A DNA stretch of 64,000 nt from an uncultured delta proteobacterium. GTDB lineage: Bacteria; Myxococcota; Myxococcia; Myxococcales; Anaeromyxobacteraceae. Under the pieces are notes generated by a model. It was not told where the DNA came from. It made no database searches and saw nothing but the letters and a program-made list of their open reading frames with translations. Below, one piece after another: positions 52,518 to 62,367 of the stretch (the first letter of the stretch is position 1; every line of letters starts with the position of its first letter). The stretch covers positions 1 to 64,000 of the forward strand of contig CAVYBH010000002.1 in NCBI GenBank assembly GCA_963766715.1, read 5' to 3'. The translations under genes and the position numbers were made by a program.

Positions 52518-53166
52518 CTAGGCGCGCCGCGCCCAGGGCAGCAGGAAGTCCCGCGTGAGCGCGACGATGCGCTCGAGCGAGCCGGTCAGCTCGTGGCCGT
52601 CGTCGACCACCTCGAGCCGGGCCCCCGGCGTGCGCGCCACCCAGGCCTCCACGTCCTCCAGCGGGACGGTGTCGTCGCGCCGGCCGGCGATGCAGAGCGC
52701 GGGGATGCCCACCTCCGGGAAGGGGGGCCAGCGCGCCGCATCCTCGAAGAACGGCCAGCCAATCCGGCGGGGTCGGTTCGAGGCGTGGTGGTGGACCTCC
52801 ACGCTGCCCTCCCGGCGCCATCGTTCCAGGTCGGCGGGGCCGAGCCGCGATCTCCACCTCTCGTGAAGGCGGAACGCCGGGGCGAGCAGGACCAGCCGCT
52901 CGACCGACGGGATGGCGCGAGGCCGCCAGCGCGGCGAGCCAGCCGCCCAGCGAGCTGCCGACGATGGCGTGCGGCCCGGGGCCCGCGGCGAGGAGGGCCT
53001 CGGCCTCGGCCAGCATCGAGGAGGGCGTGCTGCGCTCGAACCCGTCCGGGCCCGGCGTCAGGTCGGCCCGGACCACGTCGAGGCCGTCCGAGGCGAGCCC
53101 CTCGGCGACCGCGCGCGCCTTGGTCGATCCGGGTCCCGAGGCGAAACCGTGCAGGTACAGGATCAC
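52518..53166 (-). CDS. YqiA/YcfP-like alpha/beta hydrolase (esterase), frameshift ~52908
   Basis: AAGGAG RBS; YLHGFASGP, GSSLGG, GRRDDTVP, DDGHEL. Confidence 0.85.
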
Positions 53167-53274
53167 GAGGTCTCCTTCGCGTTGCCGCAGGGCGTCATAC
53201 CCATAAGGGGAGGGTGGGAGAGGAGTGCGCTCGCGGCGACGGCGGGATATGGCGCCCATTCACCGGAGGTGGCA

Positions 53275-53739
53275 ATGGACCTGAAGGCCAACACGCAGAC
53301 TCCCCTCTCCCAGGTGCTCGCCAGCAAGGGCCGGGGCTCGTCGACGCTCAGCACCTCCCCCGACGTCACCGTGGCCGCGGCCGCCGACCTGCTGGTCCGC
53401 AACAAGGTGGGCTCGGTGCTGGTGATGGACCAGGGCCGGCTGGTGGGGATATTCACCGAGCGTGATGTGCTGCGGCTGGTGGCGGAGCGCCGGGACCCCG
53501 CGTCCACGAAGATCGCCGACGTGATGACCCGGGACCTGGTGGTGATGCGCCCGTCCGCGTCGGTGGTCGACGCCATGCGGGTCATCTCGGAGAAGCGCAT
53601 CCGGCACATCCCGATCGTGGAGGGGGGCGCGGTGCTGGGGGTGGTCTCGCAGGGCGACCTGAACCACTGGCTGGTTCGCAACCGCGAGGGGCAGATCCAG
53701 GACCTCGTGGACTTCGTGACCGGGAAGTACCCCGCATAG
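53275..53739 (+). CDS. Tandem CBS domain protein
   Basis: VGSVLV..LVGIFTERD; IRHIPIV..LGVVSQGD; GGAGG RBS. Confidence 0.9.
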   Translation: MDLKANTQTPLSQVLASKGRGSSTLSTSPDVTVAAAADLLVRNKVGSVLVMDQGRLVGIFTERDVLRLVAERRDPASTKIADVMTRDLVVMRPSASVVDAMRVISEKRIRHIPIVEGGAVLGVVSQGDLNHWLVRNREGQIQDLVDFVTGKYPA

Positions 53740-55054
53740 CTACTTCTTGGTCCCGGCCCGGAGGCGGGCCAGCCGCTCTCCCAGCTCCTTCTCCAGCCCG
53801 GAGGTCGAGAGCTCGACGACGCGGCTTCCGCGCAGCACGTCGGGCAGGTACTCCTCGGCGACGTAGTGCCCGTCGAAGTTGTGCGGGTAGCGGTAGCCGC
53901 CGCCGTACCCCATCGTCTCCATCAGCTTCGTGGGCGCGTTGCGCAGCTTGAGGGGCACGGGCAGGGGACCCTTCTCGAGCACCAGCTTCCGCGCCGCCGC
54001 GTACGCGGCGATGACCGTGTTCGACTTGGGCGCGAGCGCCAGGTAGGTGACCGCCTGGGTGAGGGGAAGGACGCCCTCGGGCATGCCCACGAGCTCGAGC
54101 GCCTGCAGGGCGGAGGTGGCGACCAGGAGGGCCCGTGGATCGGCGTTCCCCACGTCCTCGCTCGCGAAGATGACCATGCGCCGGGCCACGAAGCGCGGCT
54201 CCTCGCCGCCCTCGAGCATCCGGACCATGTAGTAGACGGCGGCGTCGGGGTCCGAGCCCCGCATCGACTTGATGAAGGCGCTCGAGAGAGTCGTAGTGCT
54301 GCTCGCCGGCCTTGTCGTAGGGCAGCGGCTTGTGCTGCATCGCCTCCTCGGCATCGGCGAGCACGATCTCCTCCCGGCCGGCCAGGCGCACCGCGGCCGC
54401 GGCCGACTCGAGGGCGACCAGCGCCCGGCGCGCGTCCCCGTAGGCCGAGCGCGCCATCGCCTCGCGGGCCTCCGGCGACAGCCGGACGGCTCCGGCCAGG
54501 CCCAGCGGCGAGGCGACCGCCCTCTCGAGGAGCGTGCCCACCTCCTCGTCGGTGAGGGCGCGCAGCGTCACCACCCGGCAGCGGGACAGGAGCGCGCCGT
54601 TGATCTCGAAGGAGGGATTCTCGGTGGTGGCCCCGACGAGCGTGATGGTTCCCGCCTCGACGTGGGGCAGGAAGGCGTCCTGCTGGGAGCGGGTGAAGCG
54701 GTGGATCTCGTCGACGAAGAGGATGGTCCGCTGCCGGTGGAGCCGCTTGCGCTCCCGGGCGGCGGCCACGATCTCCCGGATCTCCTTCACGCCGCCCAGG
54801 ACGGCGGAGAAGGGGACGAAGGTGGCCCCGGTGCGCTCGGCCACGATGTGCGCGAGCGTGGTCTTCCCCGTCCCGGGAGGGCCCCAGAGGATGAGGGAGG
54901 GGACCTGGTCGGCCTCGATGGCGCGCCGCAGCGCGCTCTGCGGCCCGAGCACGTGCTCCTGGCCGACGAAGTCCTCCAGGCGGCGGGGCCGGAGCCGCTC
55001 CGGGAGCGGCTTCGACGCGTCGTCCCGATCGAGTGCGTGGTCGAACAGGTCCAT
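53740..55054 (-). CDS. rarA: Replication-associated recombination protein A (MgsA), frameshift ~54290
   Basis: PLPERLRP, WGPPGTGKTT, FVDEIHRF, GATTENPSF, SAFIKSMRGSDPD, SEDVGNADP. Confidence 0.95.
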
Positions 55055-55082
55055 GGGGCCGGGACAATATATATTGCCGCGG

Positions 55083-55925
55083 ATGGAAACCCTGCCCTGC
55101 TCCGTGCCCCGTCGGGTCGGCATCGTCCCGAAGAAGTCCTCGGCGGAGGCCAGCGAGACGGCCGTCTACGTCGAGCGCTTCCTGCGGCAGAAGGGTGTGG
55201 AGGTCCTCCTCGACGAGGAGGCCATCGGGCGCGACGCCGATCTGGTCGTGGTCCTGGGGGGCGACGGGACCCTCATCCACGCGGCCCACCTGCTCAAGGG
55301 ACGCGACGCCCCCATCCTGGGCGTGAACATGGGCAGCCTGGGCTTCATGACCGAGGTCCCGCAGAGCGAGATGTACCCGGCCCTCGACCTCGTGCTCGCC
55401 GGCAAGGGCACGGTCTCGCCCCGCATGAAGCTGCGCGTGCACCTCCACCGCGGCGGGCAGGCCGGCGCCCCCGAGCTCGACGCCGAGGTCCTGAACGACG
55501 CCGTCATCTCCAAGGGGGCGTTCTCCCCCATGGCGGAGCTCGACACGTCGTACGGCGACGCCTTCCTCACCACCTTCAAGGCGGACGGGGTCATCGTCGC
55601 CACGCCCACCGGCTCCACCGCCTATTCCCTGGCGGCGAACGGCCCCATCGTCTACCCCACCATGCGCGGCGTGATCCTCACGCCCATCTGCCCGCACACC
55701 CTGACCCAGCGGCCGCTGGTCGTGCCCGACGGCCAGCGCATCAGCATCGTCCTGCTGAACGACGCGGCGGTGTACCTGTCGCTCGACGGGCAGACCGGCG
55801 TGCCCCTCCACCGGGGCGACAAGGTCCAGGTGAAGTCGTCCCCGAACCGGGTGCTGCTCGTCCAGAACCCCAACTTCCACTTCTTCGGGATCCTCCGGGC
55901 CAAGCTGCGCTGGGGCGAGCGCTGA
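55083..55925 (+). CDS. nadK: NAD kinase
   Basis: LGGDGT, GVNMGSLGF, LNDAVI, DGVIVATPTGSTAYSLA, PICPH. Confidence 0.95.
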   Translation: METLPCSVPRRVGIVPKKSSAEASETAVYVERFLRQKGVEVLLDEEAIGRDADLVVVLGGDGTLIHAAHLLKGRDAPILGVNMGSLGFMTEVPQSEMYPALDLVLAGKGTVSPRMKLRVHLHRGGQAGAPELDAEVLNDAVISKGAFSPMAELDTSYGDAFLTTFKADGVIVATPTGSTAYSLAANGPIVYPTMRGVILTPICPHTLTQRPLVVPDGQRISIVLLNDAAVYLSLDGQTGVPLHRGDKVQVKSSPNRVLLVQNPNFHFFGILRAKLRWGER

Positions 55926-55940
55926 GCCCCGGGCCGAACG

Positions 55941-56486
55941 TCAGGGGAAGCGCAGCCCGAAGGTCGCGACCGCCATCACGCCGTCGAGCTTCACGGTGCC
56001 GAAGGAGTAGCTCGGGGCCAGCCACAGGTACCCCGCCTCCGCACCCAGGGTGAACATGTCCCCGAAGATCAGGTCCAGGCCTCCCGCCCGCCTGGGCGGT
56101 GAACGCGACGGCGTCGAACTGGACCAGGTCGAGGTTGGCGCCGAGCCGGGGCGAACCCCACCCCGCCGTAGAGGTAGGGCACCACCATGCCGAGCGGGAG
56201 GCGGAGCCGGGCCCGCGCCATCATCGGGAAGCAGTTCTCCTGGAGGAGGACGCCGGCCTGGGTGCTGACGATGCCCGCCCAGGCCGAGGCGGTGAAGTAC
56301 TCCCAGTCGTACCCGGCCGCCACCGTCGCGGTGGCCCGGGTCTGGAGGGAGCCGAAGGCTGGACGTGCCGGTGGGGACGTAGGCGCCTCCGCCGATGGCC
56401 GCCCAGAACTCCGCCCGGGCCGGGGACGGCGCCAGCGCGAGGAGGACGAGCAGGGGAGCGAGTCGGGCGGCGCGGGGGAGGGTCAC
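55941..56486 (-). CDS. Small outer-membrane beta-barrel protein, frameshifted
   Basis: Signal peptide; VVPYLYGGVG; FTLGAEAGY; ends TFGLRFP. Confidence 0.65.
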   Translation of the reverse strand: MTLPRAARLAPLLVLLALAPSPARAEFWAAIGGGAYVPTGTSSLRLPPDPGHRDGGGRVRLGVLHRLGLGGHRQHPGRRPPPGELLPDDGAGPAPPPARHGGALPLRRGGVRPGSAPTSTWSSSTPSRSPPRRAGGLDLIFGDMFTLGAEAGYLWLAPSYSFGTVKLDGVMAVATFGLRFP

Positions 56487-56596
56487 GCAGTGAGCCTAAC
56501 GCCCTGGGAGCCGCGCCTCGCATCCGGAAGCGGGAGCTGAACGGGTCCACCCCTGAAAGCTTGCGCAGTGTCAGGGGTCGGTGGCACACTCCGCCC

Positions 56597-58415
56597 ATGC
56601 TGACGACCCTGCGGATCACGGGCTTCGCGGTGGTGGACCAGGTCGAGGTGCACTTCGGCCCGGGCCTGAACGTGCTCACCGGAGAGACCGGGGCCGGCAA
56701 GTCCCTGCTGGTCGGTGCGCTCCACCTGGTCCTCGGCGGTCGCATGAGCGCCGACCTCCTCCGCGAGGGGGCGGACGAGGCCTCGGTCGAGGCGATCTTC
56801 GAGCTGCCGGGCGACCACCCGGCGCTGGCCCGGGTCGAGAGCGCGGGCCTGCCGGCGGGGGAGACCTCGGAGGACGGATCGGTCGAGCTCCTCGTCCGGC
56901 GCGTGGTGACGCGGGCCGGTCGGGGCCGGGTCTTCGTGAACGGGGCCCTCTGCACCCTGGCCGTGCTCGAGTCGACGCTCCGGGGCGCCGTCGACGTCAC
57001 CGGCCAGCACGAGCACGTCTCGCTGCTCGACGCCACCACCCACCTCGACCTCCTCGACGCCTTCGCCGGCGCCGCCGCTCCGGGGGGCCTCCGGGCGCGC
57101 TACCGGGAGCGGTTCACGACGCTGGCCGGGCTGGTGCGGGAGGAGCGGGTCCTCGCCGAGGCCGAGGGCGAGCGGGCGCTCCGTGCCGGCTACCTCTCCT
57201 TCCAGCTCGACGAGCTCGAGGCGGTCAATCCCCTTCCCGGGGGAGGACGCCACCCTGGAGCAGGAACGGAAGCTCCTCGCCGGAGCGGCCAGGCTCGGCG
57301 AGGCCGCGCGGGGCGCCGAGGCGATCGCCTACGGAGAGGAGGGGAGCGCCGCCGAGCGGATCGGCCAGGCCATCCGATCCCTGCAGGATGCCGCGCTCCT
57401 CGATCCCCGGCTCGACGAGCCGCTCGGGCTTCTTCGCTCCGCGGCGGCGGAGGTCGAGGAGGCCGGCCGTGGGCTCGCCCGGTACGCCGGAAGCCTGGAG
57501 GGCGATCCCGAGCGCCTGGCCGCGGTCGACGACCGGGTCGCGGCGCTGCGCGCGCTGGCCCGCAAGCACGGGGGAAGCCTCGAGGCGGCCCTCGCCCGCC
57601 GCGAGGCCATGCGGGTCGAGCTGGCCAGCCTCACCGGCGCGGAGGGGAGGCGGGAGGAGGTCGCACGGGAGGCCGCGGTCCTCGCCAAGGAGGCAGCGGC
57701 CCTGGCCGCCGACCTGGGTCGCGAGCGCCAGCGGGCGGCGCGGGCCTTCTGCCGGGCAGTGGCCGAGGAGCTCGAGGCGCTCGCCATGGCCAGGTGCCGG
57801 GTCGAGGTGACCTTCTCGCCACCGGGCGGGTCCATCGAGGTCGCCGGGCACCGGCTCGGGCCCGCCGGCGCGGAGACGGCCGAGATCCTCATCGCGCCCA
57901 ACCCCGGTGAGCCGGCGAGGCCGCTCGCCCGGGTGGCGTCCGGCGGCGAGCTTTCGCGGGTGCTCCTGGCGGTCAAGCGGGCGCTGTCCCGGGCCGACCC
58001 GGTCCGTTCCTACGTCTTCGACGAGGTGGATGCCGGCATCGGCGGGGCGGTGGCCGAGGCGGTGGGCAGGGCGCTCGCCGAGGTGGCCAGGGACCGGCAG
58101 GTGATCTGCGTCACGCACCTGCCGCAGGTGGCCGCCTTCGCCGACCGGCACGCCCGGGTCGAGAAGCGGGTGGCCGCCGGCCGGACCACCACGGCGGTGG
58201 TCCCGCTCGACGCCGAAGGCGAGCGGCGCGCCGAGGTGGCGCGGATGCTGGCCGGCCATACCGTCACGGCCTCCGCGCTCGACCACGCGGCCGCCCTCAT
58301 CGCCGGCGCCCGGGCCCGGGACGGCCGGAAGGGGGCTGTCCCCGCCCGTGCAGGTGCGGCCCGCGGGGCCCGGGGGCCCGCTCGCGGGAGGGCGGCGGCG
58401 GTGGCCCGCGCGTGA
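56597..58415 (+). CDS. recN: DNA repair protein RecN, frameshift ~57240
   Basis: LTGETGAGKS, GQHEH, VASGGELSRVLLA, FDEVDAGIGG, QVICVTHLPQVAA. Confidence 0.95.
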
Positions 58416-58471
58416 GGCGGTGCGCAGTCGTTGACCCGCGCTGGAGGGCGGGGATACCATCCGCGCCGCTC

Positions 58472-59239
58472 GTGGCCCCCTCTCGACCATTGTCCATCGC
58501 CGCGAGAGGCGTGACCGACGTCGGGCGGCGCCGCGAGCACAACGAGGACGCCCTGCTCGTCGACCACGAGCTGGGGCTCTTCGTGGTCGCCGACGGGATG
58601 GGCGGGCACGCGGGCGGCGGGACGGCATCGTCCATCGCCGTCTCCACCATCCAGAAGAGCGTGCGCGCGGCGCGCTCCTCGGCGCCGGCTCCCGAGGCGA
58701 GTCCTTTCCCCACCGTGCTTCGCCTGGCCGTCGAGGACGCCTGCCGGGCCATCTACCGGGCCGCCCAGGAGGATCCGAGCCTGGCCGGGATGGGCACCAC
58801 CGTCACCGCCGCCCTGCTCGTCGGGCACAACATCTACCTGGCCCACGTCGGCGACAGCCGCTGCTACCTGGTCCGGGGTGGGCGCATCTTCCAGCTCTCC
58901 GAGGATCACTCCCTCGTGAACGAGCAGCTCAAGGCGGGCGCCATCACCGAGGCGGAGGCCCGCTCGAGCCGCTTCCGAAACATCATCACCCGGTCGGTGG
59001 GCTTCGAGGAGGAAGTGCTCGTCGACGTGGTCGAGCTCGACGTCGAGCGGGGGGACGTGATCGTCCTTTGCTGCGACGGCCTCTCCAACCTCGTCGCCGA
59101 CCCGGAGATCCTGGAGATCGCCTCGGGGGCGCCGCTGGACGATGCGCCAGAGCGACTCGTGGCGCTCGCCAACGAGCGTGGCGGGGACGACAACATCACG
59201 GTGATCGTGGTGCGGGTGGACGGGGAGAAGAAGGCGTAA
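58472..59239 (+). CDS. PP2C/PPM Ser/Thr protein phosphatase
   Basis: TDVGRRREHNED, VADGMGG, GMGTT, HVGDSR, DHS, CCDGL, GGDDNITV; start uncertain. Confidence 0.95.
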   Translation: MAPSRPLSIAARGVTDVGRRREHNEDALLVDHELGLFVVADGMGGHAGGGTASSIAVSTIQKSVRAARSSAPAPEASPFPTVLRLAVEDACRAIYRAAQEDPSLAGMGTTVTAALLVGHNIYLAHVGDSRCYLVRGGRIFQLSEDHSLVNEQLKAGAITEAEARSSRFRNIITRSVGFEEEVLVDVVELDVERGDVIVLCCDGLSNLVADPEILEIASGAPLDDAPERLVALANERGGDDNITVIVVRVDGEKKA

Positions 59240-59309
59240 CGTTCCGGCATCTCCCTTTCGCCGCAGGGGAGAGCCGGCAGACGCTGACGTTGCGCCCGCT
59301 CGCCCCCCG

Positions 59310-60359
59310 TCAGCCCGGGTCGCGCCCCGTACGATCCATTCGCGCCCGGCGCCGCCATCCGGCAGGAGGAACGCCAAAGTGACGCTTGAAGGCGCGGCCA
59401 AACGCGGCCTCGGATTCGTAGCCGGTTCCCTGCGCGATTCCCTTCAGCGGCTGGCTTGTCGTTCGCAGGAGGTTTGCCGCGACCTGGAGACGCCATCGTG
59501 CGAGGTAGTGCACGGGGGGCATACCAAGCCGGCGCGTGAAGCGCTCGGCGAGCACCGTGCGGGACACCCCCACGCGGCGGGCAAGCGAATCGACGGTCCA
59601 CGGATCGGCAGGTGCGCGGTGGATCAGCGCGAGCGCGCTCGCGACGACGGGATCGCCAGACGCGGCCAGCCATCCGACCCGGGCGTCGCCGGCCGAGCGC
59701 ATGTGGTCGCGAAGGACCTCGACGAACATCAGCTCGACCAGGCGCGAAATTACCGATCGGGAACCAGGGCCGGGGCGAGCGGCCTCGTGGGCGGTGTATC
59801 GGATCGCGGTCGCCAGCCAGCGGGCGCGCGGATCCGAACCGGGGCGGGCGTGAAGCAGGAGAGGAAGGTTGCGAAGGAAGGGATCGAGGAGAAGATCCTC
59901 GCAGCTGACGAAGCCGCAGACGATCCTCGCCAGGGCTCCCTTCCCGCCGTGGCGCACCAGGGGCGCCTCATCCCACGGCGGGTGCGGGAGGACGGCTCCG
60001 ACGGGCTCCGTTGCGGCCTCCTTCTCGCCGCCAAGACGGTGGCCGGAGCCCTGGGGGAGGAGGACGGCCTCGCCCGCGGAGACCCGGACGCGGGTCCCGT
60101 CGCCTGCATGGACCCAGAAGGAGCCCTCATCCGCGACGTGGAAGGGGACCACGTTCTCCACGCAACCGGGGAGCATGCGCGCCATGTCGCGAGCGTCCGG
60201 GATGGCGATCCCCCAGGGCTCCCTGAACTCGGCGCGGAAGAGGACGGCGCCCGAGATGTGCACGGTCGCGAGCAGATCGGAAAGCACGTCCACCTGGGGC
60301 GTGCGCGTCGGGGACGAATCCTCCGACGTCCCAGCATGGATTCCCGGAGACCCGGTCAT
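59310..60359 (-). CDS. AraC family regulator with Cupin_6-type sensor (RclR-like)
   Basis: DVLSDLL..FREPWGI..FHV..IVCGF; PWTVDSLARRVGVSRT..GYESEAAFGRAFKRHFGVPP. Confidence 0.9.
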   Translation of the reverse strand: MTGSPGIHAGTSEDSSPTRTPQVDVLSDLLATVHISGAVLFRAEFREPWGIAIPDARDMARMLPGCVENVVPFHVADEGSFWVHAGDGTRVRVSAGEAVLLPQGSGHRLGGEKEAATEPVGAVLPHPPWDEAPLVRHGGKGALARIVCGFVSCEDLLLDPFLRNLPLLLHARPGSDPRARWLATAIRYTAHEAARPGPGSRSVISRLVELMFVEVLRDHMRSAGDARVGWLAASGDPVVASALALIHRAPADPWTVDSLARRVGVSRTVLAERFTRRLGMPPVHYLARWRLQVAANLLRTTSQPLKGIAQGTGYESEAAFGRAFKRHFGVPPAGWRRRARMDRTGRDPG

Positions 60360-60436
60360 GGCCTCGCTCCAAAGCACGGCTAGTAGACCTTCGCCTGTCG
60401 GGAATGACCCCGACCGAATTGCGAAGGAGCCTATCC

Positions 60437-60805
60437 ATGGCCGAAGAAGCGCGCAATCTGGTGGTGATGATCACGCATGGAATCGACCACGAGCTATCGT
60501 CGGTCGGCTTCACGCTCGCATGCGGGGGGATGACGGCTGGGATGAAGGTTTCGGTCTTCTTGACGAGTTCAGGCGTGGACATCGTCAGGAAGAGTGCGGC
60601 GGACACCACTCACGTGAAGCCCCTCGACCCGCTCCTGGATCTGATCCACGACTTTCTACGTCGAGGTGGGAAGGTCTGGGCGTGCACGCCCTGCGCGAAG
60701 GCACGGGGTTACGGGCCGGAGGATCTCATCGAGGGCGTGGAAATCGCGGGCGCAGCGGGGATGCACGCCTTGCTCAAGGCCGGCGCCGCGTCGCTCTGCT
60801 TCTGA
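60437..60805 (+). CDS. DsrE/DsrF-like family protein
   Basis: AAGGAG RBS; LVVMITHG..VSVFLTSSGV..GGKVWACTPCAKARG..GVEIAGAA. Confidence 0.85.
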   Translation: MAEEARNLVVMITHGIDHELSSVGFTLACGGMTAGMKVSVFLTSSGVDIVRKSAADTTHVKPLDPLLDLIHDFLRRGGKVWACTPCAKARGYGPEDLIEGVEIAGAAGMHALLKAGAASLCF

Positions 60806-61157
60806 GCCTTCCGGTGCCACTCGTTCCAGAGCTTCAACCCGACGGGGCCCCGGCTCATAGTGGGCTCGGGGCTCTGGTCGTTGACGGGCGCAACGGCGCC
60901 GGAGGAGCCGATCGATGATGAGCGATGGCGGTTTCCCGTTCCCACTCCGTTCCCACTGCGAGGCCTCCCAGGAGCCCCTGGGAGCGATTTTCGGACCCGC
61001 CCCGGTACGCAGCTACTGGGAGGCGTACCCCGGACCATCACCCTCACGGTGATCGTGGTGCGGGTCGACGGGGCGGGCCGACCCTGACGGCCTGGATCGG
61101 CCTCACGGCCCAGACGCGCAGTTCCCCAGGTAGGGATTGAAGGCCGCCCTGCGGACC

Positions 61158-62174
61158 TCACGACGAGGGGTAGGCGTCGGCAACGCTCAGCACGCGCCCC
61201 AGTAGCGCCGGGTCGGGGCTGAGCGCTCCTCGCGAGATGGCTCGCACCGTCTCCACGATTGCCGCGTTCAACGGTACCGGAACGCCGCTCTGGCGCCCGC
61301 AGTCGACGACGTAGCCGTTGATGAAGTCGATCTCCGTCGGGCGTCCCTGCTCGAAATCCTGGAGCATCGAGGGCTTCACGTCGCCGTAGCCCCGGAGGAC
61401 CTCCGCGAGCCACGCCTCGTAGGCGGGGCCGGGCCTGGGCGGAGGCACCGCCTCGACCAGCATGGGCTCCGGCCGCACGCCGGTTGCCAGGGCCACCGCC
61501 AGCGCCTCTTCGTAGGTCGCCTCGAAGAGGGCTCGGCCCGCGGGTGCAGAGAGGTACTCGCGCAGGGTCAGGCCCGCGACTGCGCCGATCGTGGTGACCG
61601 AGCAGTTGAGCAGCAGCTTCGACCAGACCGCGCCCTGGATGTTGGGCGTCACGCGGACTTCGACGGCGCGCCCCAGCCAATCCCGGACCTGCTTCGCCCG
61701 CGGGCTGACCCCGCCGTCCAGTTCCCCGATGAGCAGGTGGCCGGTGTTGCGCTGCGCGTACACCCCCGGCGCCACCATCGTCGCCCCGAGGTTCGAGAGA
61801 CCGCCAAGAACGCGCCGATCCCGGAGCCGATCGGCGATGGCTCGGGCGACGCCACCGTTCTGGATGGGCAGGAGCGTGCCGGCAGGCGCCAGGAGACGGG
61901 CCAGCCGCGGCGCCACCTCGACCGCCTCACGAGCCTTCGTGGCCAGCACGATCAGCTCGAACGCGTCGGCCGGGTGGTATTCGTCCGCCGCCGCGACCTC
62001 GGGGGTGTCCACCTGCACGGCGCCGCCCAGACCCGTCACCCGGAGACCACTGGCCCTGAGCCTTTCCGCCGACTCCCGGGTCCGGGTGGCCAGCCGGACG
62101 GGCGAGCCGGCCGCTTGCAGGCGAGCCGCTATCAGGCCTCCGAGCGCACCGATCCCGACCACCAGGGTCTTCAT
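61158..62174 (-). CDS. panE: 2-dehydropantoate 2-reductase family protein
   Basis: VVGIGALGG, LATKA, IQNG, WSKLLLN, PSMLQD, TEIDFING. Confidence 0.85.
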   Translation of the reverse strand: MKTLVVGIGALGGLIAARLQAAGSPVRLATRTRESAERLRASGLRVTGLGGAVQVDTPEVAAADEYHPADAFELIVLATKAREAVEVAPRLARLLAPAGTLLPIQNGGVARAIADRLRDRRVLGGLSNLGATMVAPGVYAQRNTGHLLIGELDGGVSPRAKQVRDWLGRAVEVRVTPNIQGAVWSKLLLNCSVTTIGAVAGLTLREYLSAPAGRALFEATYEEALAVALATGVRPEPMLVEAVPPPRPGPAYEAWLAEVLRGYGDVKPSMLQDFEQGRPTEIDFINGYVVDCGRQSGVPVPLNAAIVETVRAISRGALSPDPALLGRVLSVADAYPSS

Positions 62175-62367
62175 GGCGGCGCAGTGTACCTCGCGGGTCT
62201 TGCGGGTGATGCACCCTGGACCCGGGGTTCCCGCGTCGCCGGCCGGGACGTCCTCGCTGCGAGAGGCGACGGCCGGTTGGGCTCCCAGGTCCCTGGCCCC
62301 CGCGATGCATCAATCAGGCGCGCCTGGACAGGAGCCTGGGTCCGCGGGCTCCCCCAGCGGAGACACC

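Larger units (their letters stand above)
59196..61073. mobile_element. Putative integrated islet bounded by 30-bp direct repeats (att-like), no integrase
   Basis: TCACGGTGATCGTGGTGCGGGT(G/C)GACGGGG at 59196-59225 (PP2C 3' end) and 61044-61073, 29/30 identical. The enclosed genes look richer in A/T-ending codons by eye. Confidence 0.6.
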
